Source: Pseudomonadota bacterium (GTDB taxonomy: Bacteria > Pseudomonadota > Gammaproteobacteria > Burkholderiales > Burkholderiaceae_C). Taken from it: DNA of 64,000 bases. Positions 29,827-39,565 of the stretch are shown here, one piece after another; position 1 is the first letter of the stretch, and each line of letters opens with the position of its first letter. The position numbers and the translations under genes are program-made. The DNA lies in NCBI GenBank assembly GCA_030271615.1, contig JARXKP010000001.1, positions 5,743 to 69,742 of the forward strand, in the 5' to 3' direction. The notes below the pieces were generated by a model, which saw only the letters and a list, made by a program, of their open reading frames with translations, searched no databases and had not been told where the DNA came from.

Positions 29827-29843
29827 GGGCGACGGGCCTCAGC

Positions 29844-31934
29844 TCAGTGGGTGTTCGACTGACCCGAGAGCTTCTCTTGAAGCCTGAGCAGCAAACCGAC
29901 GGCCTCGGCCCATCGGGCATAACCGGGATGTCCAGCGACCCGCCACGCGGCCACGAGTTCAGCCGTGTTTGCTCTCCAGAGCATTCGCCCCAGTCGTGTT
30001 CGCCACGTCAAACCGGGCAAGCGGCCGAAGGCCTGCACCAGACGCGACAGGTTTCCCGGGTGAACCAGCAAACGGCCCTGTCGAAAACGCGCATCGCAAC
30101 GATCAACCGCGGCGGCAAGCGCTTCCATCGGCACGTCGGTGATCTGTACCGTTGACGGCAGGGCACCGCCACCGTCGAAGTAACTGCAAACAAGGTGCGT
30201 GTGCAGACACCGCAACGTGTTGTCTTTGAGGCGCAGGTCGTCCACGAGAAAATCGTGATGTCCCGGCACGACCTGCGACTCCTGGTGGTGCTGCAGAAAG
30301 TCAACCAGACCCTCTTCCAATCCGAACTCGCCGAGTGCGGCCATGGGCAGCGGGAAGTCAGCGAGCAATTCCTTGCGGTACACGAAGCTCGCCAGCGACA
30401 GTCGACGCTGCCCGGCCAACGTCGCCATGGAACGAGACGGCGACGGACACGGTTCGATTCCGGGCACGCCATCGACCAGCGCATACGGATAGACATGGCG
30501 CAGCGAGGTACACGCAAGCCGTGCACGACCTTGCTGCACCCGTGCAATGGCGGCGCGAAGTATTTCCGGATCAAACCGATGGCGGGGCGGCAGATGACAG
30601 CTGATCGCAGCCGGAAATTGCTGCCATGCGTCGAAAAGATCGCCTTGGCAGCACAACCAGCTCGCGTCGCGGTCAGCCACGGCGCACTGCATGAATGTTC
30701 CATCGCCTGCCGCGCTACCGCCCGACCGGTACGCCACGACCACTGCACCAACCGCACACAACGCGATCTGCTCAAGCCGCTCGAGGAAATCCTGACGATC
30801 ACCATCGAACGCCAGGTAGATGGCCAGCGGGGCGACCGCGCGACCAGCAACTACAGGCACGGCCGGATGCTCTGCCGGCACGTCGCTCACCCCGGAAAGC
30901 CGACCATCATTGAGCGCGACAAGATCTGCATAGACAACGGTGTCTTGGCTGCGCAATGCGGCCTCAAGCGGCTTCGAGGCGGCAGCCGGCTCGTCGAACC
31001 AGCGAAACACCAACCTCTTCAGCGCATCAAGGTCACCCTGCGCACGCGGGAGTGCCGCTAGAAGGTAATCCCGACTCGCCGATCCGATGAGCGAGCGAAC
31101 CTTCTCCTCGAACCATGTGCCTGCCGGAAAGGTTTCGAGAATGCGCTGTGCGATGCGGCCTGCCTCAGCAGGCGAATTCTGAGAAAGCTCAGCGAATGCC
31201 GTGCGTCGCACCGCGTCGGCGGCAGCGGTTTGCTCTCTGGCATGACTGTGCGTCACGCTGTTCACATTGCATCGCCACTTGAAAAAAACGTTGGGGAGAG
31301 AAGCCATACCTTGATTGGCCACCGCGAGCCGCGCGTAAAAACCGGCATCGTCCAACGCTAAGTACTTTGAATCGAACCCCCCGCCAGTTTCGATGGCCTT
31401 GCGGCGCAAGCAGACTGTCGGGTTGTGAAGCGACTGATAGGCGAACGTCAGCGTGCGAGTGACTTCTGGATCGGTCGGATGGCAGTCGATGTGAATCGGA
31501 GTGAGATCCGTGTTCACGTACAGCCACTGACTTCCTACGGCCGACATTTCTGGATGCGCATCGAGGTAGGCAACCTGCGCGGCGATACGCCCAGGCATCA
31601 TCACGTCATCGCTGTCCATGACGACGATCAACTCGCCCTGCATTACTGCGTAAGCAGCGTTACGCGCTGCGCCAATACCACCATGCGAAAGTGGCAGCAC
31701 ACGAACACGCTGGTCGCGATCGGCATATTCGCGAAGGATTGACAAGCTACCGTCAGTACTGCCGTCATCCGCGATGACGAATTCGAAATCCGAAAACGAC
31801 TGCGTTAAGACACTTTCGATCGATTGTGTCAAGAACTGCGCCGTATTGAATACAGGCATGAGAACACTTACGCGCGGGCGAAATCTCAAGTTCAAATCAT
31901 TGTGAGCGGACAAAACAGGCACGAAATAACTCAA
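29844..31934 (-). CDS. glycosyltransferase family 2 with ~460-aa C-terminal extension of unknown function
   Basis: VSVLMPVFNTAQFLTQSIESVLTQSF..FVIADDGSTDGS..VMDSDDVMMPGR forms the GT2 module (~1-240). No family recognised in the remainder. Confidence 0.75.
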   Translation of the reverse strand: MSYFVPVLSAHNDLNLRFRPRVSVLMPVFNTAQFLTQSIESVLTQSFSDFEFVIADDGSTDGSLSILREYADRDQRVRVLPLSHGGIGAARNAAYAVMQGELIVVMDSDDVMMPGRIAAQVAYLDAHPEMSAVGSQWLYVNTDLTPIHIDCHPTDPEVTRTLTFAYQSLHNPTVCLRRKAIETGGGFDSKYLALDDAGFYARLAVANQGMASLPNVFFKWRCNVNSVTHSHAREQTAAADAVRRTAFAELSQNSPAEAGRIAQRILETFPAGTWFEEKVRSLIGSASRDYLLAALPRAQGDLDALKRLVFRWFDEPAAASKPLEAALRSQDTVVYADLVALNDGRLSGVSDVPAEHPAVPVVAGRAVAPLAIYLAFDGDRQDFLERLEQIALCAVGAVVVAYRSGGSAAGDGTFMQCAVADRDASWLCCQGDLFDAWQQFPAAISCHLPPRHRFDPEILRAAIARVQQGRARLACTSLRHVYPYALVDGVPGIEPCPSPSRSMATLAGQRRLSLASFVYRKELLADFPLPMAALGEFGLEEGLVDFLQHHQESQVVPGHHDFLVDDLRLKDNTLRCLHTHLVCSYFDGGGALPSTVQITDVPMEALAAAVDRCDARFRQGRLLVHPGNLSRLVQAFGRLPGLTWRTRLGRMLWRANTAELVAAWRVAGHPGYARWAEAVGLLLRLQEKLSGQSNTH

Positions 31935-32009
31935 TTTATATTAATCACTACTTATTGGATACTGCATATAAATCATGCATGTCAAATAGTGTTAGAATTT
32001 TTTTAAAAA

Positions 32010-33242
32010 CTAATTATTCTCTCTATTTGATTGCAAAAGATTTTGACAGTCAGTAGCGAGTCGATCGCGTATAGTCGACCACAAGTATTTTCGTCGAACT
32101 TGCTCTTTACCTGTAGCAGCGAGATGGTTACGAAAGCCCGAGTCGCGTAATATTTTTATAACCGCATATGCAAAATCATCGGGTGTATCCGCCAGCATCA
32201 AGTGTTGATCATGCTGCAGATCCAACCCCTCCGCCCCAATCGTAGTACTTACCACCGGCGTGCCGTACGCGAGTGATTCCAGTATCTTGAGACGAGTTCC
32301 GCCACCGATGCGAAGCGGAACAATCGAAACCGCTGCACTCCCCACATAGGGTGAGACATCAGGCACATCTGGGCAGACGAAAATATCTCGCCCATCATGC
32401 AGAGCAGTCACCACCGAAGGCGGCTTCAACCCGACTATATAAAACGTAGCATCTGGAATGCTAGCCTTTATTATGGGAAATATATCTCGGCAAAAATATA
32501 AGACAGCATCTTGATTCGGTTCATAGTACATCGTTCCAACAAATATGATCTTGCTCGCATCACGATGCACCTCCTTTTTCAACATTAAATCATCGCCTAC
32601 ACCGTTCGGAATAACCCATAGTCGATCATCGACGCCCCCAAGAAGATTCCTATCTTCATCAGAACAAACGGCCAGCCTAAGAAATCTTTCAACTGAGTTT
32701 TTTTCAGTCCGCTCCAAACGATTGGATTCCCGGATCATCATCCTTCGTAGATAGAAATTCGTCTGCCTGCTTGCGTGTCGTCGTATCTTTACAGATTCAA
32801 GATCATCGATATCAACTACGATTTTCTGGCAGAATTCATTCAACCTAGTTGCAAGGTACAATCGTTCTGTCCAGATGAGATCGGCTCGCCGCAAAAGAGG
32901 AGTTATTCGTTCTCGCATTAATTCCATCGGAAATGATGAATATATAATACCGTATCCATCAAATAAAGATTTACTTATCTTGCGGATGTAATTATCAGGT
33001 TCAATTTCAGGCCAAGGTGGACTGGAAATAAACTGAATGCTATTCAAATAAGACCAGAAACCAGGATAAGTACACGATGACCTTTTCAAATCCTCCAAGT
33101 CCTGCTCATCACCATAAGTGACGAGATCGACCCTAGCCACTTGGGTCAGGCTCTGCAGGATGTGGCTGATCCTGATTTTAGTTCCCGTGTTCAGCGGATA
33201 AGGCAATCGCGGCGAAAGAAAAAGGATTCTCGGATTTGCCAC
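32010..33242 (-). CDS. glycosyltransferase family 4 (low-GC gene)
   Basis: PRILFLSPRLPYPLNTGTKIRISHIL.., GGGTRLKILESLAYGTPVVSTTIGAEG. GTG start overlaps the upstream stop (TAGTG). Confidence 0.8.
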   Translation of the reverse strand: MANPRILFLSPRLPYPLNTGTKIRISHILQSLTQVARVDLVTYGDEQDLEDLKRSSCTYPGFWSYLNSIQFISSPPWPEIEPDNYIRKISKSLFDGYGIIYSSFPMELMRERITPLLRRADLIWTERLYLATRLNEFCQKIVVDIDDLESVKIRRHASRQTNFYLRRMMIRESNRLERTEKNSVERFLRLAVCSDEDRNLLGGVDDRLWVIPNGVGDDLMLKKEVHRDASKIIFVGTMYYEPNQDAVLYFCRDIFPIIKASIPDATFYIVGLKPPSVVTALHDGRDIFVCPDVPDVSPYVGSAAVSIVPLRIGGGTRLKILESLAYGTPVVSTTIGAEGLDLQHDQHLMLADTPDDFAYAVIKILRDSGFRNHLAATGKEQVRRKYLWSTIRDRLATDCQNLLQSNRENN

Positions 33243-34075
33243 TATCCATTCCTTCTTGAAGTTTTTTCAAAGTAATTCATCAGAATCGAATGAGTTACTC
33301 TATATAAATTACCCCTCATCATTGAATAAACAATCTTTCGGCAGCGCCAATAGATCACCTTTATTGCACCGATAGAGGAATTATTTTTCTTTTCAAGAAA
33401 AATTCTATTAAATTCAACTGACCATACTGAAAAAAATAGATTTATCGCAAGATAAATCTTCTTACATGGTAAATGTATCGTGTCTGCCAGACGTAGCATG
33501 TCTGGAATGCGTTGAATTTTTTTGTTTTCACGTGCAACTCGATCAAGAACTGGTGAAGCAGGAATAAATACAACCGCATCCTGAATTTCGATCACTGAAA
33601 AACCGGCCTTTCGAGCTCGAACACACCAATCAATCACCGCCAGGGGTTTGCTGAGCCTCCAGTCGAACTCCCCAACCGTCTGCCATGCCGTTCTTGGCAC
33701 CAGCAACGACTCAGGACTGAGCCAATTGACTTCGATGTACCGAGGCATTTGGGGGCACGCCCTGAGCTCCACCACCCACTCTGGCTGCCAAGCTCTTTCG
33801 TGTAGCGACCAGCGCCAACCCGGCATCTGAAGATGCTGCGGCCAATCAATATCGGCCGTGCGACAACCGAACACCGCATCAGGTAAGTCAAGTTGGGCTC
33901 GAGAGATTGCCTCAACGCACCCCTCCGACATCGTCACACCGGAATCTAGTAGTAAGACGGCCGAGTCGTGACTGTCAAAGGCTTCGCGAAGCGCAGCAGC
34001 GCAACCTGCGACTGATTGACACTCGCAGATGGTCAAGCAGGCCTCAGGATTTTCTTCACTCGACTCGGAATTCAA
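33242..34075 (-). CDS. hypothetical protein, partial GT2-like features; compositionally chimeric
   Basis: 277 aa. AVLLLDSGVTMSEG and DWCVRARKAGFSVIEIQDAVVF resemble the DxD and C-terminal blocks of GT2 enzymes, but the N-terminal Rossmann start is missing. The last ~110 codons are very AT-rich. Confidence 0.4.
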   Translation of the reverse strand: MNSESSEENPEACLTICECQSVAGCAAALREAFDSHDSAVLLLDSGVTMSEGCVEAISRAQLDLPDAVFGCRTADIDWPQHLQMPGWRWSLHERAWQPEWVVELRACPQMPRYIEVNWLSPESLLVPRTAWQTVGEFDWRLSKPLAVIDWCVRARKAGFSVIEIQDAVVFIPASPVLDRVARENKKIQRIPDMLRLADTIHLPCKKIYLAINLFFSVWSVEFNRIFLEKKNNSSIGAIKVIYWRCRKIVYSMMRGNLYRVTHSILMNYFEKTSRRNG

Positions 34076-34206
34076 TGCATCACCTGCATTCAGAAAAATA
34101 GAAATATTTAAACAAATCCGTCTTTAACAAAGATATTTGCTACCAACTAAGAGATCAGCTCATAAATAATTTATTTTAAAAAGTCAATTTCTCTGCGAGT
34201 AGCGAT

Positions 34207-35244
34207 CTATACGACCACCAACCTCGTGAATCGGTTGCAGGACAGTAAATACGCAGACGCTACGGATAAAATGAATACAGAAAGTGGATAGCCGATCTCC
34301 CAAATAATATCACCAGCGTATCTTCCCCCATATGGCCGGAGCATATCGACGAACAAGAAATGTATTGCATATATACCAAGTACCAACGGCCCCAATCTGG
34401 AAGACAGTCGAAAGTGAAAAATTGATCTGTCCGACAATGCGATCATGGCAACACCGACACCAAGAAAATATGTTCCAAGAACAAAATCCTGGCTCATTGA
34501 CGAACCCCATCGTTCATGAATAAAAACTAATTCATAAAAACTCAGGGACAAACCCAATCCAGTCATGAGAAATCCAAACGCTAGCCAAGACTCTTTAGGC
34601 CCTCTGCGCTGGAGAAAATATCCAGAAGCGAAGAATATAAATCCAAAAAAAGGCCCATTTCTGAAATTAAAATCAGACTGAAAACCAATCGGCGTATCCG
34701 CATACGATTTTCCGGCTAATGCCACCCCATAAAGTATCACCGACAAGATTACAAGACCACCAGTCATGCCGGCCGACAACAACATCAAGCCAATTAACAA
34801 ACAACTCATTAAAGACACCAAAAACCAGAGGTGAACCTTAGTTCCCTCAAAAAAAAACACCATTGGTATTTTAATAAAATCTGCCAGATTCCAATATATT
34901 GATTTAATCAAACCAACAAAACCATAATCAATAACATCATCGATGTTAACTTTGATCAACAGATAGAATGCCGACCAGAACAGAAAAATAAGTAATATTC
35001 GCCTAACCATTCTTATAGTTGGAGCCGCAACTGACATTGCACCATCAAATTTAGTGGCCCAAAAAAATCCAGCAATTACGAAGAAATAGGGAACGGCAAA
35101 TCTAGAAGATTGATTGATGAAAGTTGCCAGATCAAGCCGTGAGCCAAGGGGAGTTTTATCGCTACTGAATGGAACCGTATGAATAACGATGACGGCCACG
35201 ATTGAAATCAATCTAAAAAAATCAATGGCTTGAATTCTTTTCAC
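34207..35244 (-). CDS. acyltransferase family 3 (membrane O-acyltransferase), low-GC
   Basis: MKRIQAIDFFRLISIVAVIVIHT start. About 10 predicted TM helices. 345 aa. Confidence 0.75.
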   Translation of the reverse strand: MKRIQAIDFFRLISIVAVIVIHTVPFSSDKTPLGSRLDLATFINQSSRFAVPYFFVIAGFFWATKFDGAMSVAAPTIRMVRRILLIFLFWSAFYLLIKVNIDDVIDYGFVGLIKSIYWNLADFIKIPMVFFFEGTKVHLWFLVSLMSCLLIGLMLLSAGMTGGLVILSVILYGVALAGKSYADTPIGFQSDFNFRNGPFFGFIFFASGYFLQRRGPKESWLAFGFLMTGLGLSLSFYELVFIHERWGSSMSQDFVLGTYFLGVGVAMIALSDRSIFHFRLSSRLGPLVLGIYAIHFLFVDMLRPYGGRYAGDIIWEIGYPLSVFILSVASAYLLSCNRFTRLVVV

Positions 35245-35627
35245 TGGAATTTCCGATTCATGAAAACAAAATAAATATTATTTTTAAGCCGTAATTTGGC
35301 AAGTTTTCAACTACCGAAAATTCTATGTAGAAATTTTAAACTCAACTCGAGTATTGGAGAATTTACAAACATTTAGTACCGGAAAGTAAATCACATAAAA
35401 TAATTTACATGATACCATATATTATTAATCAACACTCATCGCATTTTATCCGACAACTAAATCAATCGATACTTCGGAACACTCCGCAAGTGCATACATT
35501 GCACAATCTGCATCCACGATATTGGTAGGTTTCATTGATGCACCATTACTCATTCGCGCAGTCCAGCTTCGGTTGATTTAAGGTGCGGTTGTTCGACGAG
35601 ATTGGTTTCATGCCCGCTGCAAAAACA

Positions 35628-35687
<60 letters not shown>

Positions 35688-35945
35688 AGGCAATTTAGTG
35701 AATCTGCCTATCCCGCGCATTGGCGAAAAATATATCGACAATCTCGGAGAATAATTAGGGTATCAGTGACTTTAATTGCCTATAGACATGGTTTTTGGCC
35801 GAAGCAACTTGCTGACGAAAACGTCATTGGCATTCAAGCTTGCTTGATCATTGCCCTTGATTTTATGATGAAAGCAGAAAATCAAATAAATAAATACCAA
35901 TCATAATATGATTACCAGCCTATTGGCCAGCTTATTTGACTATTA

Positions 35946-37175
35946 TCAACTGAATTTCCAGGTCGCCGGAACATCAACCAACCCAGACGTAGGCATCTTA
36001 GTGATGTCATATCGGCCAGCAGTTACCACGGTAGGCAATATATTGTCCGCATACCAGTATGTATTCTGATATTGGTCCAGAAAAGTCAGTCGCAGTCCGT
36101 AGGAAAACGGACGTAGCGGTATATCGACCAAGCGGCAAGTGACTTCGTGGGTACCGACAGCCAAGTCGGGATTCGTCTGCGACATGGCGCTGCTGACTGC
36201 CAAGACGTGAACGAAGTCAGAGGTGTGGAACCCGATGATCACTTCTGGGCGCCGCAGCGGCTGGGAGCAACTGAACTTGATGCGCAGTGTCAACGGCTCA
36301 TGCAGACCGACAGTCCTCAATTCCGTACCTGAGTCGTCCAGCAGCTCTATCGACTGCACTTCAATGATGCCTGCGTCACGCTGAGGCGTGATCTGTCCAA
36401 CTAACGAGGTGTGCCGTTCGAGGTTGCGCTCCTGTGCTTCGCGAAAGAATATTCCGCAGACGTCCTTCGGGGTACCCGTATGCGTCACGCGCCCGTGATC
36501 CAACAGCATCACGCGAGAGCAGATACGCTCGATCTGACGAATGTTGTGCCCCACCAGGAGAACTGTGCGCCCGTCCCCGCGGATCAGTTTTTCCATCCGG
36601 TCGATGCATTTCTGCTGGAACGCGAGGTCGCCGACCGCAAGCACCTCGTCGACGATCAGGATTTCCGATTCGACAGCAGTCGCGATTGCAAATCCCAGCC
36701 GCACCTGCATCCCCGAGCTGTATCGCTTGACGGGGGTATCGATGAACTCTTCCAGTTCGGCAAAGGCCACGATTTCATCGAACTTACGTTTGATCTCGTC
36801 GCGCTTCATGCCCAGGATGGCGGCATTCAGGAACACGTTCTCGCGACCCGTCATGTCGGCCACCATGCCGGCACCCACCTCAATGAGTGGTGCTACCCGG
36901 CCGCGCACCGTGACGCGGCCTTTGCTGGGCACGCTGATCCGCGCCAGCAACTTCAGCAGGGTGCTCTTTCCAGCGCCGTTGTGGCCGATGATGCCCAGCA
37001 CCTCTCCGGGCTCCACGGTGAAACTCACGTCGTTGAGCGCCTTGAAGGGGGCTCGTTCATTGACCGGGCGCCCGAGCGCTCGGTTGACACCGTTTCGCAG
37101 GGACTGCGTCAGGTTGGTCAGTTGCCCGAGGCGGAATTCCTTGGTGACTTGGTTGACTTCAATGACAGGTTGCAT
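35946..37175 (-). CDS. wzt: polysaccharide/O-antigen ABC exporter ATP-binding protein (Wzt/TagH type) with C-terminal extra domain
   Basis: Walker A GHNGAGKST, signature YSSGMQVRLGFA, Walker B ILIVDEVLAVGD. A ~160-aa C-terminal beta-rich domain sits as in Wzt carbohydrate-binding domains. Confidence 0.8.
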   Translation of the reverse strand: MQPVIEVNQVTKEFRLGQLTNLTQSLRNGVNRALGRPVNERAPFKALNDVSFTVEPGEVLGIIGHNGAGKSTLLKLLARISVPSKGRVTVRGRVAPLIEVGAGMVADMTGRENVFLNAAILGMKRDEIKRKFDEIVAFAELEEFIDTPVKRYSSGMQVRLGFAIATAVESEILIVDEVLAVGDLAFQQKCIDRMEKLIRGDGRTVLLVGHNIRQIERICSRVMLLDHGRVTHTGTPKDVCGIFFREAQERNLERHTSLVGQITPQRDAGIIEVQSIELLDDSGTELRTVGLHEPLTLRIKFSCSQPLRRPEVIIGFHTSDFVHVLAVSSAMSQTNPDLAVGTHEVTCRLVDIPLRPFSYGLRLTFLDQYQNTYWYADNILPTVVTAGRYDITKMPTSGLVDVPATWKFS

Positions 37176-37181
37176 GTCGGT

Positions 37182-38030
37182 TCAGATCACATCTGCAAAG
37201 TGCGACTCGGCGCGTTTGAAGATCAGATAGCTGATCGGCAAACACACAGCCACCACCACCATACCCGGCAACATCGCGTGAAGATCGGGCGCCAAACCCT
37301 TGAGCATGATGCGCTGAAAGGCGTCGATGATGCCGGCCAGCGGGTTGGCGGTGTACAAGGTGTAAAGAAGATCCGACCAAGGGCCGGCTGCCTGCTGCTC
37401 AAGAAGCTTGTGCTGCACCAGTTGCAGGGGATAAATCACCGGTGACGCGTACATCAGCAGCGAGATCAGCACCGGGAGCATCTGGCCAATGTCGCGGTAG
37501 TAAACGTTGATGGCAGCACCAACCAGTGCAAGCATCAGTGCTGCAAGGATGGTGTAGAGCAGGATCAATGGCACCCAAAGCGCTTGCGCGCCTGGAACCA
37601 TGCGGAAATAAAGCATCAGACCCAGCAAGATGCAGAAGTTGATCGCGAACTCCACCACCTTGGTTGCTACGGCGGTGAGCGGAAAAACCTCGCGCGGGAA
37701 GTAGACCTTCCGAATCAGGTGTGCATTGCCGACCACGCTGTTCACCCCCTCCGAGACGGACTCCTGGAAGAACATCCAGGGCATCAGTGCGCAGTAGGCC
37801 AGCACTGGATAAGGCACGCCCCCGCTGTCAATGCCGATGAAGACGCGCATCAGACTGAAGATGAGCATCATCATCAACGGCTTGGCGACGGTCCAAATCA
37901 GGCCGAGGTAGGCCTGCTTGTAGCGTACGACCACGTTCTTCCAAGCCAGCGTGACGATGAGTTCGCGATATTGAACGAGGTTTTGCAAGATAGGACTGCC
38001 GGAAAGGCGATGCGAAAAGGTCAGTATCAA
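37182..38030 (-). CDS. wzm: ABC-2 type polysaccharide exporter permease (Wzm type)
   Basis: 282 aa with 6 TM helices. N-terminus QYRELIVTLAWKNVVVRYKQAYLGLIWTVAKP is typical of ABC-2 permeases. Lies directly upstream of wzt. Confidence 0.8.
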   Translation of the reverse strand: MILTFSHRLSGSPILQNLVQYRELIVTLAWKNVVVRYKQAYLGLIWTVAKPLMMMLIFSLMRVFIGIDSGGVPYPVLAYCALMPWMFFQESVSEGVNSVVGNAHLIRKVYFPREVFPLTAVATKVVEFAINFCILLGLMLYFRMVPGAQALWVPLILLYTILAALMLALVGAAINVYYRDIGQMLPVLISLLMYASPVIYPLQLVQHKLLEQQAAGPWSDLLYTLYTANPLAGIIDAFQRIMLKGLAPDLHAMLPGMVVVAVCLPISYLIFKRAESHFADVI

Positions 38031-39373
38031 CGGACGGCTTCTGCAAGCCAGTCCTTCAGGCGTCGCGAGACGCTTGGAGGCGGTAACTGTCGACGGGCTG
38101 CGGATACGGCGGTCATCGGCGCCAACGTCCCGGTGCCAACCGCAAGCGGAATGTTCAATTTCAGGAAAGCTGCCTCGAAAGCACTCAAGCGTTCGGCGTA
38201 GGTTTCCTGCATGTTGCGAAGACTTGACTCGCTGAGCAGCGTAGCCACGATCTCACGGAGCGGCACATCTTCGGCGGCTTGCAACGAGAGCTTGGGGATC
38301 GCAAAGAAATCTGCAATTTCGGAAACGCGCAGATCATCGACCATCATGATGGAGGGGATACCAGCTTGCAGCGCGACCACTCCACCGTGGAGGCGGTCAC
38401 CGAGAAAGAAGTCGAACTGCGAAACAAACGCGCGCCACGCGCTCGTATCCTGAAACCATCGATAGCTGGCAAAGGGAAGTTGGCGGCGTTGTATCTGCTC
38501 GAGTACCGGCTCGATCACATTGCGGGTGACCTCTGCGGTGGCGTCGTTGTAAATCTCTTGCTCATCGGACAAAAGACCGAGATGCCGGAGCACAACCAAC
38601 TCTTCCTGCATCACGTAGTGCGACTCCTCGAAGCCCTGGAAGAGTTTGATGAGCGCCAAGGATCGATCAACGCGCCCGTGGATGTATCCGGCCGTGACCG
38701 CGCGGCGCACACGCTGAGGTTCCGGTGCCCGCATACGCAATATGTTTTGGGGATACACGAATAGGCTGGGACAGCCAAGCGCAACGGCGTGGTCATAACC
38801 AACCGCCTTGAGCCAACGTTCTGTTTCCAGCCCGCGCACACCGAAAAGCAAAGCCTTCTTGTTGCAAACATCCAGCAGGTCAAGCAGATTCGGATGCATG
38901 CCTTCGATCGAATCGGGCAGCGCGTTCTGCATTCCCATGCCAAGCGCAACGAAATCACAGCGCAGGGCTCGGAGAATGTCCGCAAATGCGCCTGGTGCGA
39001 AATTCGGACGAATAGTATTCGCCGCCGAAAAAACGACAAGATCGAAACGCTTGTTCAGTTCCTCTGCAATCTGCTCGGGGCTCCAGTGATCTTCAACAAT
39101 CAGCGCCCTGCTCGAGACAAAACAAGAACGAGCACGATCAAATTCGAATATCCGAGCGGGAGCCTCCCCGTGGATCATGTTGCCGCGGTTGTCCACCTCG
39201 TGACTGAGTTCCAGCGCATCAACGAGTCGGGTCCCGGAAGTTCGAACCATTCCGTTGATGCGAGGCATCGCACCAAGGAATGGGTAACGGACTTCACTCC
39301 AGATTCCCAAGAAAGCAATTCTCTTTTTATCCATTGCTGCTGACGACATGTGTGAAGAAATAATGAGCGGCAA
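38027..39373 (-). CDS. polysaccharide pyruvyl transferase family protein (probable)
   Basis: NRGNMIHGEA, FGVRGLETERWLKAVGYDHAVALGCPSLF and FLGDRLHGGVVALQAGIPSIMM match the three characteristic PS_pyruv_trans blocks as I recall them. Start uncertain (alternative Met at 39334). Confidence 0.55.
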   Translation of the reverse strand: MPLIISSHMSSAAMDKKRIAFLGIWSEVRYPFLGAMPRINGMVRTSGTRLVDALELSHEVDNRGNMIHGEAPARIFEFDRARSCFVSSRALIVEDHWSPEQIAEELNKRFDLVVFSAANTIRPNFAPGAFADILRALRCDFVALGMGMQNALPDSIEGMHPNLLDLLDVCNKKALLFGVRGLETERWLKAVGYDHAVALGCPSLFVYPQNILRMRAPEPQRVRRAVTAGYIHGRVDRSLALIKLFQGFEESHYVMQEELVVLRHLGLLSDEQEIYNDATAEVTRNVIEPVLEQIQRRQLPFASYRWFQDTSAWRAFVSQFDFFLGDRLHGGVVALQAGIPSIMMVDDLRVSEIADFFAIPKLSLQAAEDVPLREIVATLLSESSLRNMQETYAERLSAFEAAFLKLNIPLAVGTGTLAPMTAVSAARRQLPPPSVSRRLKDWLAEAVR

Positions 39374-39565
39374 AGGGACTCACCTAGCGAGGTGACCCGA
39401 CCCAAGAGGCCCCCTAGAGTTGGATTAACTCCAGGCCAAATACGATAGCAGGCCGGTTGAATTGCCCGTGTGACGTAAGTCCGCGAAGCGAACCGTTCGC
39501 CATCATCGACAGGCGCAGGACCCAACATAGACGCGCCCAGCGACAGAAATGGCCGATCGACGGTT

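Noticed and set aside
39376-39400. Hairpin TCACCT-AGCG-AGGTGA just upstream of the pyruvyl-transferase-like ORF as a terminator or riboswitch-like element.
   Set aside because: The stem is short (6 bp) and there is no clear U-tract. Its position relative to the true start codon is uncertain (39373 vs 39334). Evidence is insufficient to call a feature.
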